From: Clostridia bacterium
GTDB lineage: Bacteria; Bacillota; Clostridia; Oscillospirales; CAG-382
Length of the DNA: 64,000 bases
NCBI GenBank assembly: GCA_017436675.1
Contig: JAFSCS010000001.1
Span: 9,472 to 73,471, forward strand
Direction of reading: 5' to 3'
Part shown: positions 9,501-17,548 of the stretch, piece after piece
Numbering within the stretch: position 1 is the first letter of the stretch
Layout of the letters: the number at the start of each line of letters is the position of its first letter
The notes under the pieces: generated by a model
The model's database searches: none
Told to the model about the DNA's origin: nothing
Seen by the model: the letters and a program-made list of their open reading frames with translations, nothing else
Translations under genes and position numbers: made by a program

Positions 9501-9573
9501 TCAACATCATAGCCGACATAAGTCCCGCCACCGTTACGATGGCAAGAAATATACTGAATATTCTTTTTTTCAT
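6505..9573 (-). CDS. Sortase-anchored surface protein (Cys-rich region, beta-helix carbohydrate-binding-like repeats, Cna-B/SpaA-like domain)
   Basis: Signal peptide 'MKKRIFSIFLAIVTVAGLMSAMMLTAIA'. A ~280-aa region of CxxC pairs follows. G/D/I-rich repeats such as 'GDGSLLIVADNDGIHSQDGDIIM' resemble Cthe_2159-type domains. 'VTVIDKVSGKELADAVIQLRDVNGDVV...EYTLHNESAPEGY' looks like a Cna-B/SpaA fold. A PETSE[VIA] x8 linker precedes 'TPPTGEGSG' + hydrophobic helix + 'KRKR'. Confidence 0.75.
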   Translation of the reverse strand: MKKRIFSIFLAIVTVAGLMSAMMLTAIAEELTCTHPSISFIVNTENPAQHIGTCADCGETIIESHDLVWGMDENEHWTACEKGCGYKAAVMPHDENEWLPDVGGKHYRNCGCGYQEVERHTDSDNDEICDICNEQMCRDGDNGDHICDDCHYRMTELCFDGEIEDHLCEVCGALMYWLCLDENDDHVCDECLTHLREKCIDDDSDYLCDHCGQNLCDHNIYAPVPNGDGTHTGVCLECGEEITENCDPRYYFAWDETDHWDKCFCGQEYNKEPHEHTYFISATLVNHKFGCNVCGHTIYEAHTFDEEGVCELCELKQEETYDVYVGNIGLRDGQYIDTNKNVTESRPEGGYAYYKDGVLELNDFVYSGDGVEWKKDPFYTYTASVYATVDITLKLVGENSLTNTADNTEIQRDGIAIENGITICGDGSLLIVADNDGIHSQDGDIIMKNGTLLIGNEQQNIGDDGIDADSGDVLIHSGELIIYSADTGLDINESLTIFNPSIKVYAGEDGFNIDGDLEIYGGTLKIESDYFGIDVMGNILICDGYITIMASADDGNYDGIYCVEEMTVYGGVIFIDAGGAGIWGNILRIFGGTLDIEGAQYEDIICYEIDIDENMLEDDVVVEDSYGDIWIEDEDGPVHIEARNRHFVCVTVIDKVSGKELADAVIQLRDVNGDVVEEWMTEDEVYVVLNIGSGEYTLHNESAPEGYLASEALKLTINEDGTITFDGNIGEDGVLQVELEKELPRIEEVIYNSDSPAYDSETNTFYIDEEHSLIITANGRKLSGEKAAVVFMNSNGTVAKNFIHFTNDTTNSITVDLALYRQLMALLEGAGLNADVTNIGVCLESDNDFSANDLILLNVTERSYVVTLPTVSGGTVDVDKDDPMSGDEVTITVTPDSDKEIDEVIVKDEDGNVIPVKDNGDGTYTYEQTDKNVTVEVTFKDKETSEVPETSEVPETSEIPETSEVPETSEVPETSEAPETSEIPETSEIPETPPTGEGSGILWWSILLIISGTALVGLKRKR
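6598..6752. repeat. 18-bp in-frame tandem repeat (~8.5 copies) encoding PETSE[VIA]
   Basis: The unit TTCGGATGTCTCGGGGA[TC] (plus strand) repeats head-to-tail with single-base variants. Confidence 0.9.
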
Positions 9574-9619
9574 AGTGTTTTCTCCTTTGGAAAAATTGCT
9601 GATATATATTAGAAAACAA

Positions 9620-10330
9620 TCAATTAGCGACGCCTTTTCGTTTCAAAAGGTCAAACAATGCTTGTTCGGTAGTTTGATCAACGTACTCTCGAAATTTCTT
9701 CAAGGTATCAAGTCCGAGCTTTTGGTAGTTCATCGAAAGAACACGCCTTATCTTTTCTTCGCCGAGCGCCTTCGGAACGTTATAGATAGAAAATATAGTC
9801 CTCAAAGCCGCCGCCACCCGAACGTCGAGCGGTGCAGATTCGGAGGTCGTCAGAAGTGTTGCATACTCGATGCCCGAGACTAAGACTTCCGATTCGATGA
9901 AAAATGCATCCGTCCGATCGGGACAATATTTTTTGAAGACCTCTTTTGCGCGTTGTGTGTCGTTTTTTCGGATCATATCCATACACATCTCGCTGCGATA
10001 GGTTGAAAGGAAGAAATCCTTCGCCACCTCATCCTGCTCACAAGCGGAGGCGATCGTCAAGAGCTCGAGGCAAATTGCCATAACTGAGCTATATCCGTCT
10101 TTCGCTTCCTCCTCCATCATCTTCCATTGATACTTACAAAGCATATCAACGAGCTCCGACAGCATATGCTCCTTCGTCGGAAAATGGAAGGTCAGATTTC
10201 CGGTGCTCATATTCAACATTTTTGCCAAAGAAGCTACCGTTGTTTTTGTGTATCCGTCGTTCATAAATCGGGTTGCCGCAACGCGAACGATCTCGTTGCG
10301 AGTAAGCTCTGCTCGATCGACTCTTATCAC
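9620..10330 (-). CDS. TetR/AcrR family transcriptional regulator
   Basis: N-terminal HTH 'NEIVRVAATRFMNDGYTKTTVASLAKMLNMSTGNLTFHFPTKEHML'; 236 aa. Confidence 0.85.
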   Translation of the reverse strand: MIRVDRAELTRNEIVRVAATRFMNDGYTKTTVASLAKMLNMSTGNLTFHFPTKEHMLSELVDMLCKYQWKMMEEEAKDGYSSVMAICLELLTIASACEQDEVAKDFFLSTYRSEMCMDMIRKNDTQRAKEVFKKYCPDRTDAFFIESEVLVSGIEYATLLTTSESAPLDVRVAAALRTIFSIYNVPKALGEEKIRRVLSMNYQKLGLDTLKKFREYVDQTTEQALFDLLKRKGVAN

Positions 10331-10401
10331 TTATCTGTACTCCTTAAATTTATGTTAAAGGATCTCGTTCTGCTTTCGTATCTTCGGTCATTTTAGCACA
10401 C

Positions 10402-10424
10402 ATCCTATCAAAATGCAATAGGAT
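10402..10424. promoter_or_regulatory. Candidate TetR operator (inverted repeat)
   Basis: ATCCTAT-N9-ATAGGAT lies ~75 nt upstream of the tetR-family start. Confidence 0.3.
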
Positions 10425-10465
10425 ATCGGAATTTTTCACCAAAAACTTCAAAAAGCCGCAACAAA

Positions 10466-10501
10466 TACAAAAACCACAAGTGAGCATTTATCACTTGTGG
10501 T
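10466..10501 (-). terminator. Intrinsic terminator after the XRE gene
   Basis: Stem ACCACAAGTGA / TCACTTGTGGT sits directly after the TAG stop, followed by a U-run on the minus-strand transcript. Confidence 0.6.
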
Positions 10502-10705
10502 CTATTTGTTTTGGAACTCCTTGCCCGTTATCAAGTAATCGATCGACACGTTGAAATACTTGGACATCTGCACCAATAATTCAAGCGACGGCTCGCGCTG
10601 TCCGTTTTCATAATACGAGATCGATTCTCTTGAGATATTGAGGTCCATCGCGACCTTTTGCTGACTGTATTTTCGCTTTTTTCGTATTTGCTTTAGCCCG
10701 ATCAT
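10502..10705 (-). CDS. XRE-family helix-turn-helix transcriptional regulator
   Basis: 'LKQIRKKRKYSQQKVAMDLNISRESISYYENGQREPSLELLVQMSKYFNVSIDYLI'. I prefer the ATG at 10705 (RBS GAGGTG) to the track start at 10723, which would overlap the divergent promoter. Confidence 0.85.
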   Translation of the reverse strand: MIGLKQIRKKRKYSQQKVAMDLNISRESISYYENGQREPSLELLVQMSKYFNVSIDYLITGKEFQNK

Positions 10706-10716
10706 TAAATCACCTC

Positions 10717-10767
10717 TTGACATTATTGTAACTATTTGTTACAATATTTATGTAACATTTTGTTACC
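10717..10767 (+). promoter_or_regulatory. Sigma-A-type promoter overlapped by two GTAAC-N5-GTTAC operators
   Basis: TTGACA (10717-10722), 17 nt, TACAAT (10740-10745). Inverted repeats are TTGTAAC-TATTT-GTTACAA (10726-10744) and TGTAAC-ATTTT-GTTAC (10751-10766). Confidence 0.5.
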
Positions 10768-10849
10768 TTTTGTCGAAAAATGAAAAATAGCGGAGCATAT
10801 TCGCGTAAAAAACAACGACGTTTATAAACACACGTAAAGGAGAAACAAA

Positions 10850-11569
10850 ATGAGTAAAAAAGGATTTATTGAAAGGATCATAGGAATGAGCAAAAAAACG
10901 AAAAAGCGGCTTATCACCGTCGCGGTCATAGCCGTTGCCGTTATTGTACTTTTTACGATAACTTGGATCAGCGGTTACAACAACTCGAAAAACAAGGCAC
11001 AGCGCGAGATAGACGAGCTAAAGGCTTATATTGAACAGCTTGAGGAAACGCCGATCATCGTTGAAAAGGTCACATCTGAGATAGTAATGGGCTCGATCAC
11101 TGAAAGTATGGGTGATATCAGCGAGCTTTCGACTGCGGAATACATCTTTACCGACGTTGCGAAATACTCTGACAACAGTGTTTCGTGGCTTCCGAACTGG
11201 GTAACGGGCAAATCATTCATTCTGAAATGGGATGGAGTTATTAAAGCAGGGGTAGATCTTTCAAAGATGTCTATCGTTGTTGAGGAAAGCATTATCAAGG
11301 TGTCGTTGCCTCGTGCGGAGATATTCTCATATGAAACGAAAAAGACAGAGGTCATGGAAGAAAAGGATACGATTTTCAATCCTATTAAGATCACCGACAC
11401 GGTAAAATTCAACGAGGAGACCGCTGAATTTATGAAGCTCAGAGCAGTTGGGAACGGACTGCTTGAAAAAGCGCAGACCAATGCGGAAGGGATCATCAAG
11501 AATATTATTATCTCATCGGTCGAAAACATTCAAGATTACACTATAGAATTTTCTGTTAATTATAACTGA
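10850..11569 (+). CDS. DUF4230 domain-containing membrane protein
   Basis: N-terminal TM helix, then 'ISELSTAEYIFTDVAKYSD...KSFILKWDGVIKAGVDLSKMSIVVEE..IKVSLPRAEI', which is typical of DUF4230. Confidence 0.75.
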   Translation: MSKKGFIERIIGMSKKTKKRLITVAVIAVAVIVLFTITWISGYNNSKNKAQREIDELKAYIEQLEETPIIVEKVTSEIVMGSITESMGDISELSTAEYIFTDVAKYSDNSVSWLPNWVTGKSFILKWDGVIKAGVDLSKMSIVVEESIIKVSLPRAEIFSYETKKTEVMEEKDTIFNPIKITDTVKFNEETAEFMKLRAVGNGLLEKAQTNAEGIIKNIIISSVENIQDYTIEFSVNYN

Positions 11570-11577
11570 TCAAAATA

Positions 11578-11607
11578 CAAAAGCAAGGTTTTCACCTTGC
11601 TTTTTAT
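11578..11607 (+). terminator. Intrinsic terminator
   Basis: AAGCAAGGT-TTTC-ACCTTGCTT followed by TTTTATTT. Confidence 0.65.
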
Positions 11608-11711
11608 TTACTTTTTCGAGTTAATAAACGAAATAATGGTTCCGGAGCTTTCAAGTGACAAAAATATAGGATATAGTTTCGCTGATTTATGCATACTTTC
11701 TTTATTTGCAC

Positions 11712-11740
11712 TTGCAAAACAGAGATAAAATTTGTATAAT
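11712..11740 (+). promoter_or_regulatory. Candidate promoter of the MFS transporter gene
   Basis: TTGCAA, 17 nt, TATAAT, ~36 nt upstream of the start codon. Confidence 0.45.
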
Positions 11741-11775
11741 TATGTTATCCTTTTAAATATTACGATTGGAGCTTT

Positions 11776-13059
11776 ATGATGAAAAAAACGCTCGACAAAA
11801 ACTCATCATTTGAAAAATACAAACGATACGCGTGGCTCGTGCTATTGAGCTTCGGGTTTATGTATTTATTCTTCTACAACGGCAGACAAAACATCAACCT
11901 CGTTATGACTCAATTAGCCGAGGATTTTAACTCAACTACAGCCGCTTTCGGCGTCGTCTCATCTTCTTTATTTTGGTGTTATGCCTTCGGTCAACTTATC
12001 AACGGACGGCTTGGTGCATTCTTTGGCTACAAGCGATTTATGATCATCGGTGTTGTCGGAAGCACGGTTCTCAACGTTCTCATCTCTTTTCAACACAGCA
12101 TCCCCGTTATCGCAGTTCTTTGGGGGCTCAACGGCTATTTTCAATCGATGGTTTGGTCGAACGGACTCGGCGTTATCAACAAATGGTGGCCGTCGGAAAA
12201 ACGCGGGTTCTCGACGGGACTTGCGACCTTCTTCTCCGGAATGGCGCAAGTTGTTACATATCTTTCGGTTTTACTCTCCTTACAGCTGAACCCCGAATGG
12301 AGTTGGCGCGCGGCGTTCCGCTTCCCGATGATACCGCTCGTTATATCACTCGTGTTTTTCGTTTTATTCTTCAAAAACTCGCCGTCTGAGATCGGGTTTT
12401 CGGAAATCGAGAAAGAAAAAAGCGATTCTGAAACTGACTTGGAACGAGATATCAGAGAAAAAGGATATCTTTATCCATACAAACTGCTCTTTTCCGAGCC
12501 GAAGGTTATTGTTTTTTGTCTTATTTCCGCGATCGCGGGTGTTGGCAGATACGGACTTTTGACATGGATTCCCACGTATTTCGTCGAACAACACGGACTC
12601 GCCATCAAGGATGGTATATTCAGTTCTATTCTTCTTCCGTTCGGTCAAGCTTGTGCGATGTTCATTTTCCCGATTATCACCGATAAGCTTCTAAAAGGAA
12701 AACGCGAGCCGATGCTTATCATCGCATCAACGATAACCATCGTCGGAATGCTCGTTTTCCCATTCATTACCAACCAAGCAGTCGCATCGATCATGCTATT
12801 TCTTCTCGGTGTATTCGCGATGGTAACGGGAGTTATTTGGACTATTGCGGGTGATATCGGAGGAAAGGCGCTTTCCTCGACCGTTATCGGTATTTTCGAT
12901 TGGGCAGTCTATATGGGCGCTGCTGTTCAAGCTGTATTCTTCGGCTTCGTCAAGGACACGTTCGGCTGGACGGCGATATTCGTTATCATCGCGGTATTAT
13001 ATGTAATTTTGCTGCTTTTGACGTTCTTGGCACGAAAAATGAAAACCAAGAGAGTTTGA
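11776..13059 (+). CDS. MFS transporter, organophosphate:Pi antiporter (GlpT/UhpC-like) family
   Basis: 427 aa with ~12 TM segments. 'FFYNGRQNINLVMTQLAEDF...FWCYAFGQLINGRLG' resembles OPA-family MFS proteins. Confidence 0.8.
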   Translation: MMKKTLDKNSSFEKYKRYAWLVLLSFGFMYLFFYNGRQNINLVMTQLAEDFNSTTAAFGVVSSSLFWCYAFGQLINGRLGAFFGYKRFMIIGVVGSTVLNVLISFQHSIPVIAVLWGLNGYFQSMVWSNGLGVINKWWPSEKRGFSTGLATFFSGMAQVVTYLSVLLSLQLNPEWSWRAAFRFPMIPLVISLVFFVLFFKNSPSEIGFSEIEKEKSDSETDLERDIREKGYLYPYKLLFSEPKVIVFCLISAIAGVGRYGLLTWIPTYFVEQHGLAIKDGIFSSILLPFGQACAMFIFPIITDKLLKGKREPMLIIASTITIVGMLVFPFITNQAVASIMLFLLGVFAMVTGVIWTIAGDIGGKALSSTVIGIFDWAVYMGAAVQAVFFGFVKDTFGWTAIFVIIAVLYVILLLLTFLARKMKTKRV

Positions 13060-13065
13060 TCATAC

Positions 13066-13445
13066 AAAAAAAGCGAGGAAGATAGCGAAGTGCCCTTAAG
13101 GACACTTCGCATCGATATAAATCCCTAACGGGATTTTCGATATGTTGCTATCGCAACTCGATATGCTTCGCTCGATATGTTTGCTTCGCAAACAAGGGAT
13201 TTATATCATATCGAAACCGTCCGCAAGGAAGGTTATATCGAATTTGCCGTAAGGCAAATATATCGAGCCGAGCCAAGCGAGGCATATCGACAAATAGCAT
13301 CTGTGGACACAGATGCAGTGCTTGTCAAGAAAAGAGGACATAGAACGTAAAAACGCTCTATGTCCTTTTCCTGTCGGTAGATATCATATTCTAATGAATC
13401 TAAAACTGTCCTCAAGAGTACAGCCCAATCCTCGCTTTTTATTTT
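13066..13445. repeat. Foldback 'hairpin-chain' intergenic element, copy A (TCGATAT/ATATCGA scaffold) inside a split terminator-like inverted repeat
   Basis: The core at 13085-13316 holds TCGATAT at 13112, 13137, 13158 and 13172, and its complement ATATCGA at 13208, 13235, 13260 and 13284. Each 7-mer is separated by a short GC-rich hairpin. The outer repeat is A7-GCGAGGA (13066-13079) paired with TCCTCGC-T5 (13429-13440). Confidence 0.8.
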
Positions 13446-13459
13446 TTATTTAAAACGAT

Positions 13460-14515
13460 CTATATTATCTCACAATCGTTTTTCGAAGGAAGCTCGGGAT
13501 AGACATCGTCAAGTGTATCGGAATACCAATATGCAACTGACGAGATATCGTCTTGGAGCGGCATAAACCTTCCCTCACTTCTCCATCCGAGTGCTTGGAT
13601 GGTTACCCTCAGATCCTTTTCAAAATAGATAGGATCGGTAACGTGGAAACGGTATAGGTTGAAATATCTTTGTGAACGATATATTCCGTCTGTATGGCGC
13701 ACCTTATACATTCCCGCATATGGAGTAGTATATTCAGCATATTGTCCGTTGACATCAAAATTATACGAACCGCAGAAATAATCCTCTGTACCCGTACCGC
13801 ATATTGTCGGGAACTCGTCATCACCGTCGATGAAGAATTTTATCTCACCTTCACCCCACCAACCGTTGCTTTTCGTTCCCCAATGCATATACGTTCCAAC
13901 GTAGTGTCCGTTCCCTTTTATTCCGTCCAAGATCACATACGGTTCCATATAGGGTAGCGGATTGGTGCGACGGAATTGGGCGTGGAAATAAAGTGCGTTT
14001 TCGGGGAGCGTCTTCTCTTCGCAATCGATCTGGTAATACACCTGACAACCCACAGCACCGCGGTTTTCGATCGTGACTCGAAAGCCTTCATAGTACGGCA
14101 TCTCAAAATAGCAATTCAACGCTTTTGCGGGGTTGACACATATCGGCAGACTCGTGAGTTGACGATACTCGCTATACTCTGCACTACAGAAAAAGTCGGA
14201 AAGCGGACATTCAACGGCCGGGTTTTCTTTTCCATCAAAATATATTCTCAAAATGAGGAGTCTTCCCGCAGGTGCGCTATCTGTTATCCAGATATGCTTG
14301 ATAGCACCTTGACCTTTTACGTCGGCAAGAGTTATCGTCGCGCCTGATTCACAATTGAGAAATGGGTTGACTTTCCAGCCTTGACCAAGTTCTCGAGCCG
14401 CATACGCACCCGTGCCCTCGGTCGCCATTCCACCTTTCCCTTTCTCACCCGTTAAATTTTCGGCGCATATTGAAAAAGAGCGAATTTTCTTTTTTGTTGT
14501 TAATGAATTCAACAT
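13460..14515 (-). CDS. DUF2961 / glycoside hydrolase family 172-like protein
   Basis: 351 aa with 'IKHIWITD', 'LRIYFDG' and 'GTGTEDYFCGSYNF', blocks characteristic of DUF2961. Confidence 0.75.
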   Translation of the reverse strand: MLNSLTTKKKIRSFSICAENLTGEKGKGGMATEGTGAYAARELGQGWKVNPFLNCESGATITLADVKGQGAIKHIWITDSAPAGRLLILRIYFDGKENPAVECPLSDFFCSAEYSEYRQLTSLPICVNPAKALNCYFEMPYYEGFRVTIENRGAVGCQVYYQIDCEEKTLPENALYFHAQFRRTNPLPYMEPYVILDGIKGNGHYVGTYMHWGTKSNGWWGEGEIKFFIDGDDEFPTICGTGTEDYFCGSYNFDVNGQYAEYTTPYAGMYKVRHTDGIYRSQRYFNLYRFHVTDPIYFEKDLRVTIQALGWRSEGRFMPLQDDISSVAYWYSDTLDDVYPELPSKNDCEII

Positions 14516-14531
14516 ATCTTTTCTCCCGTTA

Positions 14532-14816
14532 TTAATTTCTTAATTCGTGTTGGAAATGCGGAGGGTACACCATACCCGTGCCCCACGGGATCTCGTCTTT
14601 TGTATAGAACTTAGTTTTGCCATTTTCTATTTTAGCATATGACTCAGAGCCATCCTTTTCGTTACGGTTGATGCATTCGAGCAGGTTGCTTTCGTTATCG
14701 TATACGTTCTTTGAGTAATGGTCGCCCGTGATAACGATCTCGTTATATCCTTCCAAGCGGTCGTTTTCTTCGTTCGGAGAACGGTAACCTCCTCGAAGGA
14801 TTCCGATATCAGCCAT
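14532..14816 (-). CDS. Hypothetical protein (94 aa)
   Basis: The ORF is in operon context between the SDR and DUF2961 genes. No recognisable motif. Confidence 0.35.
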   Translation of the reverse strand: MADIGILRGGYRSPNEENDRLEGYNEIVITGDHYSKNVYDNESNLLECINRNEKDGSESYAKIENGKTKFYTKDEIPWGTGMVYPPHFQHELRN

Positions 14817-14923
14817 ATCTCATGCGGTCCAAGCTCTTCGTTATGATAAATACACGTTGAGCCGTTTTTATAGCGACAATGACGATCGCGGCCAAAAAAA
14901 CCAAGATCTATTTCATACCGATC

Positions 14924-15697
14924 CTATCCTCTCGGTGTAAGCTGACTCATCATACCGCCGTCAACGACGAGCTCCGAGCCCGTCACGTTTTTCGAAAGAT
15001 CCGTTCCGAAATACCAGACTGCGTTCGCGATATCCTCAAAATCGGAGATATCACCGAGCGGGGTGAGATTTCCACTAATAGTCTTATTTTTATTCATATT
15101 TTGCCAACGCTCCGTCTTTATCGTACCCGGCAAAACAACGTTGCTTCTGATCCCATACTGACCGAGGTCGACCGCAAGTGCGCGCGAAAGCGAATTGATA
15201 CCGCCCTTTGACGCGCTGTATGCCGCGCGGTTCGGGATCGCACGGTATGCGGTGTTCGAGCTGATGAAAACGATGCTTCCGCCGCCTGCTTCCTTCATAC
15301 GAAGCGAGGCTTGACGAACTATCATAAAGTTCCAAACGAGGTTCGTTTCGAAGACGCACCTGAATTCTTCTACGCTGACCGTCCAAAAATCTTGACCTGC
15401 AGCAGGGTCCTTCGGATCGAATCCGAGGTTCGCCGCCATCAAAACGACTGTTTTCAAGGTCGTATTCTGTTTATCAATGTCCTCGAAGATCGCTTTTATC
15501 TGCTCCTCGTTGCCGATATTACATTCATAGCCCTTCGAGAGAATTCCGTATTTTTCCGAAAGGAGCTTTGCGCTCGCCTCCGCTTCTTCACCGCGTCTGC
15601 TCGTCAAAAATACGTCCCATCCGTTTTTGGCGAACAGCTCTGCACTGCAAAAGCCCGTGCCCTTTGCCGCGCCCGTTATAAATACTGCGTTACCCAT
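14924..15697 (-). CDS. SDR-family oxidoreductase
   Basis: 'VFITGAAKGTG' (TGxxxGxG) and the catalytic 'YSASKGGINSLSRALAVDL' (YxxxK). Confidence 0.9.
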   Translation of the reverse strand: MGNAVFITGAAKGTGFCSAELFAKNGWDVFLTSRRGEEAEASAKLLSEKYGILSKGYECNIGNEEQIKAIFEDIDKQNTTLKTVVLMAANLGFDPKDPAAGQDFWTVSVEEFRCVFETNLVWNFMIVRQASLRMKEAGGGSIVFISSNTAYRAIPNRAAYSASKGGINSLSRALAVDLGQYGIRSNVVLPGTIKTERWQNMNKNKTISGNLTPLGDISDFEDIANAVWYFGTDLSKNVTGSELVVDGGMMSQLTPRG

Positions 15698-15706
15698 CGT
15701 TCTCTC

Positions 15707-16867
15707 CTAAAAATAGAATTCCGTTTTCGCGGGGCGGATGTCGGTGAGTGCGCCCGTATAGTGACGAAGCGTATGCACTTGGTAGGGGTGCTTCAAGCAT
15801 TCCTCCTCGTCGATCTCAATACCGAGTCCCGCTTTATCGGGGATGGTGATATATCCGTCCTTATATTCAAGCTTTTCGTTGGTTACGTCCTTGCGCCACT
15901 CAACGTCGCTATACATTATCTCCAAGATCGAGAAATTCGGACAGCACGCCGCGAGCTGCAGGGTTGCCGCGTTTGCGACAGGTCCCGAGGGGTTGTGCGG
16001 TGCAAACGGGATATAGTATGCCTCGGCAACAGCCGCTATCTTCTTCAGCTCCATAATTCCGCCCGCGTGCGATATATCGGGTTGGATATAATCTGCCGCA
16101 CGCATCTCAAAGAGGTCTTTATACGATTTCAATGTATAAAGTCTCTCGCCTGCCGAAATGGCTACGGGTGATTTATCGCGTACCGCCTTCAGCGCCTCGA
16201 GGTTATCGGGTGGTGTCGGCTCCTCGAAGAGCATCGGCTTAAACTGCTCGAGCTCCTTTGCTATTTTTATTCCCGTCGGCACGTTGAATCTGCCGTGCCC
16301 CTCGATGAGCAGGTCAACGTTATTACCGACTGCTTCTCTGACCGCCGCAACACATTCGAGTGCGGTCTCGAGGTCCTTGTTTGATATTTCAAGATATGAT
16401 TTTCCGAACGGATCCCACTTCATTGCGGTGATGCCGCGTTGTACTGCGATCCTTGCCTTTTCGCCGAACTCGGCGGGTGTTTTCGCACCCGCGAACCAGC
16501 CGTTGACGTAGATCCTTACCTTATCGTTGATCTTTCCGCCCAAAAGCTGATATACGGGGACACCGAGATATTTTCCGAGGATATCCCAAAGTGCCATCTC
16601 CACAGCCGACAAAGCGGACATCAAGACAGCACCGCCGCGCCAATATGCATCACGGTAGATGTCGTGGAAATGCTTTTCGATATTTCTCGGGTCTTTTCCC
16701 ACGAGATACTCCTTGATATGCTCAACTGCACCGAGGAGTGCTTTTTCCTTATATTCAAGCGTTGCTTCGCCGACACCCGTTACACCTTCATCGGTATACA
16801 CCTTCACGAACACCCAATTCGTTCTGAAGCAATCGACTGTGAAGCATTTTACGTCTGTTACCTTCAT
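15707..16867 (-). CDS. Enolase-superfamily acid-sugar dehydratase (galactonate/mannonate dehydratase-like)
   Basis: 'NWVFVKVYTDEGVTGVGEATL...SAVEMALWDILGKYLGVPVYQLLGG' is typical of the mandelate racemase/muconate-lactonizing subgroup containing DgoD/ManD. Confidence 0.85.
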   Translation of the reverse strand: MKVTDVKCFTVDCFRTNWVFVKVYTDEGVTGVGEATLEYKEKALLGAVEHIKEYLVGKDPRNIEKHFHDIYRDAYWRGGAVLMSALSAVEMALWDILGKYLGVPVYQLLGGKINDKVRIYVNGWFAGAKTPAEFGEKARIAVQRGITAMKWDPFGKSYLEISNKDLETALECVAAVREAVGNNVDLLIEGHGRFNVPTGIKIAKELEQFKPMLFEEPTPPDNLEALKAVRDKSPVAISAGERLYTLKSYKDLFEMRAADYIQPDISHAGGIMELKKIAAVAEAYYIPFAPHNPSGPVANAATLQLAACCPNFSILEIMYSDVEWRKDVTNEKLEYKDGYITIPDKAGLGIEIDEEECLKHPYQVHTLRHYTGALTDIRPAKTEFYF

Positions 16868-17538
16868 AATTCTATTTCCTCATATATCTTTATTTTTACT
16901 TTATTACCGCACTCGAGCTCGTCGCTCGTTTTATCGTCGAAAAGTCCGATGTGCATCGGCACTACCCTTTCCGCTCTCGTCCGCTTCGCAAAACGTGCGG
17001 CGTCACTCATATTCATATTGTTGCCGACGCCGTTGACGGGCAGGAACACTGCATATATATCATCGGGCAAGCTCTCAAATATCGATTCGCTGTAGAGCGT
17101 ATCGCCTGTGATATAATATTTTTTCTCACCGTCGTCGATGATCACACCGATGGCATAAGGATCGCTATGCACCGCCTTCACTGCGGTGAAGGTCACTCCC
17201 TTTTCCGTCCACTCCGTCGTGTTATCGAAAAGAACGTAGTTATTTCCGAAGCAAGTCCTTCTGACCTTGTCGAACACACTTCTCGGGCATAGCACGGTCA
17301 CTCCCGCGCCTTCACGGATAAACCTCCCCGCCGTTTCGGGATCGTAGTGGTCGAGGTGGTCGTGGGTGAACACCATCACGTCGGGTTTTATCTCGAAAAA
17401 CCGCTCATCGACGGGAACGCGTCTTTTATTATGCGGCTCGATCCGCTCCACGCTGTTTGAGAGGTATGGATCGATCATTATTTTAATTTTTTCGGTCTCG
17501 AACAGAAAACCCGCTTGACCGAGATACGTGATCTTCAT
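16864..17538 (-). CDS. MBL-fold metallo-hydrolase (possible lactonase)
   Basis: 'MKITYLGQAGFLFE' and 'FTHDHLDHYD' (HxHxDH). The start is set at ATG 17538 (RBS AAAGGTG), 11 nt after the metF stop. The track start at 17595 would overlap metF. Confidence 0.8.
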   Translation of the reverse strand: MKITYLGQAGFLFETEKIKIMIDPYLSNSVERIEPHNKRRVPVDERFFEIKPDVMVFTHDHLDHYDPETAGRFIREGAGVTVLCPRSVFDKVRRTCFGNNYVLFDNTTEWTEKGVTFTAVKAVHSDPYAIGVIIDDGEKKYYITGDTLYSESIFESLPDDIYAVFLPVNGVGNNMNMSDAARFAKRTRAERVVPMHIGLFDDKTSDELECGNKVKIKIYEEIEL

Positions 17539-17548
17539 ATTAGCACCT

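Noticed and set aside
13085-13316. CRISPR-array interpretation of the regularly spaced TCGATAT repeats (also 35197-35406).
   Set aside because: The repeat is only 7 nt and the 'spacers' are 5-20 nt and self-complementary. The repeat orientation inverts halfway, and no cas genes are in the window.
14817-14923. Possible frameshifted N-terminal extension or pseudogene upstream of the 94-aa ORF. An alternative frame reads 'IDLGFFGRDRHCRYKNGSTCIYHNEELGPHE', and a T7 homopolymer is nearby.
   Set aside because: That frame has no ATG, GTG or TTG start after its upstream stop, and I recognise no protein family that would span the junction. The evidence is insufficient to call a pseudogene.
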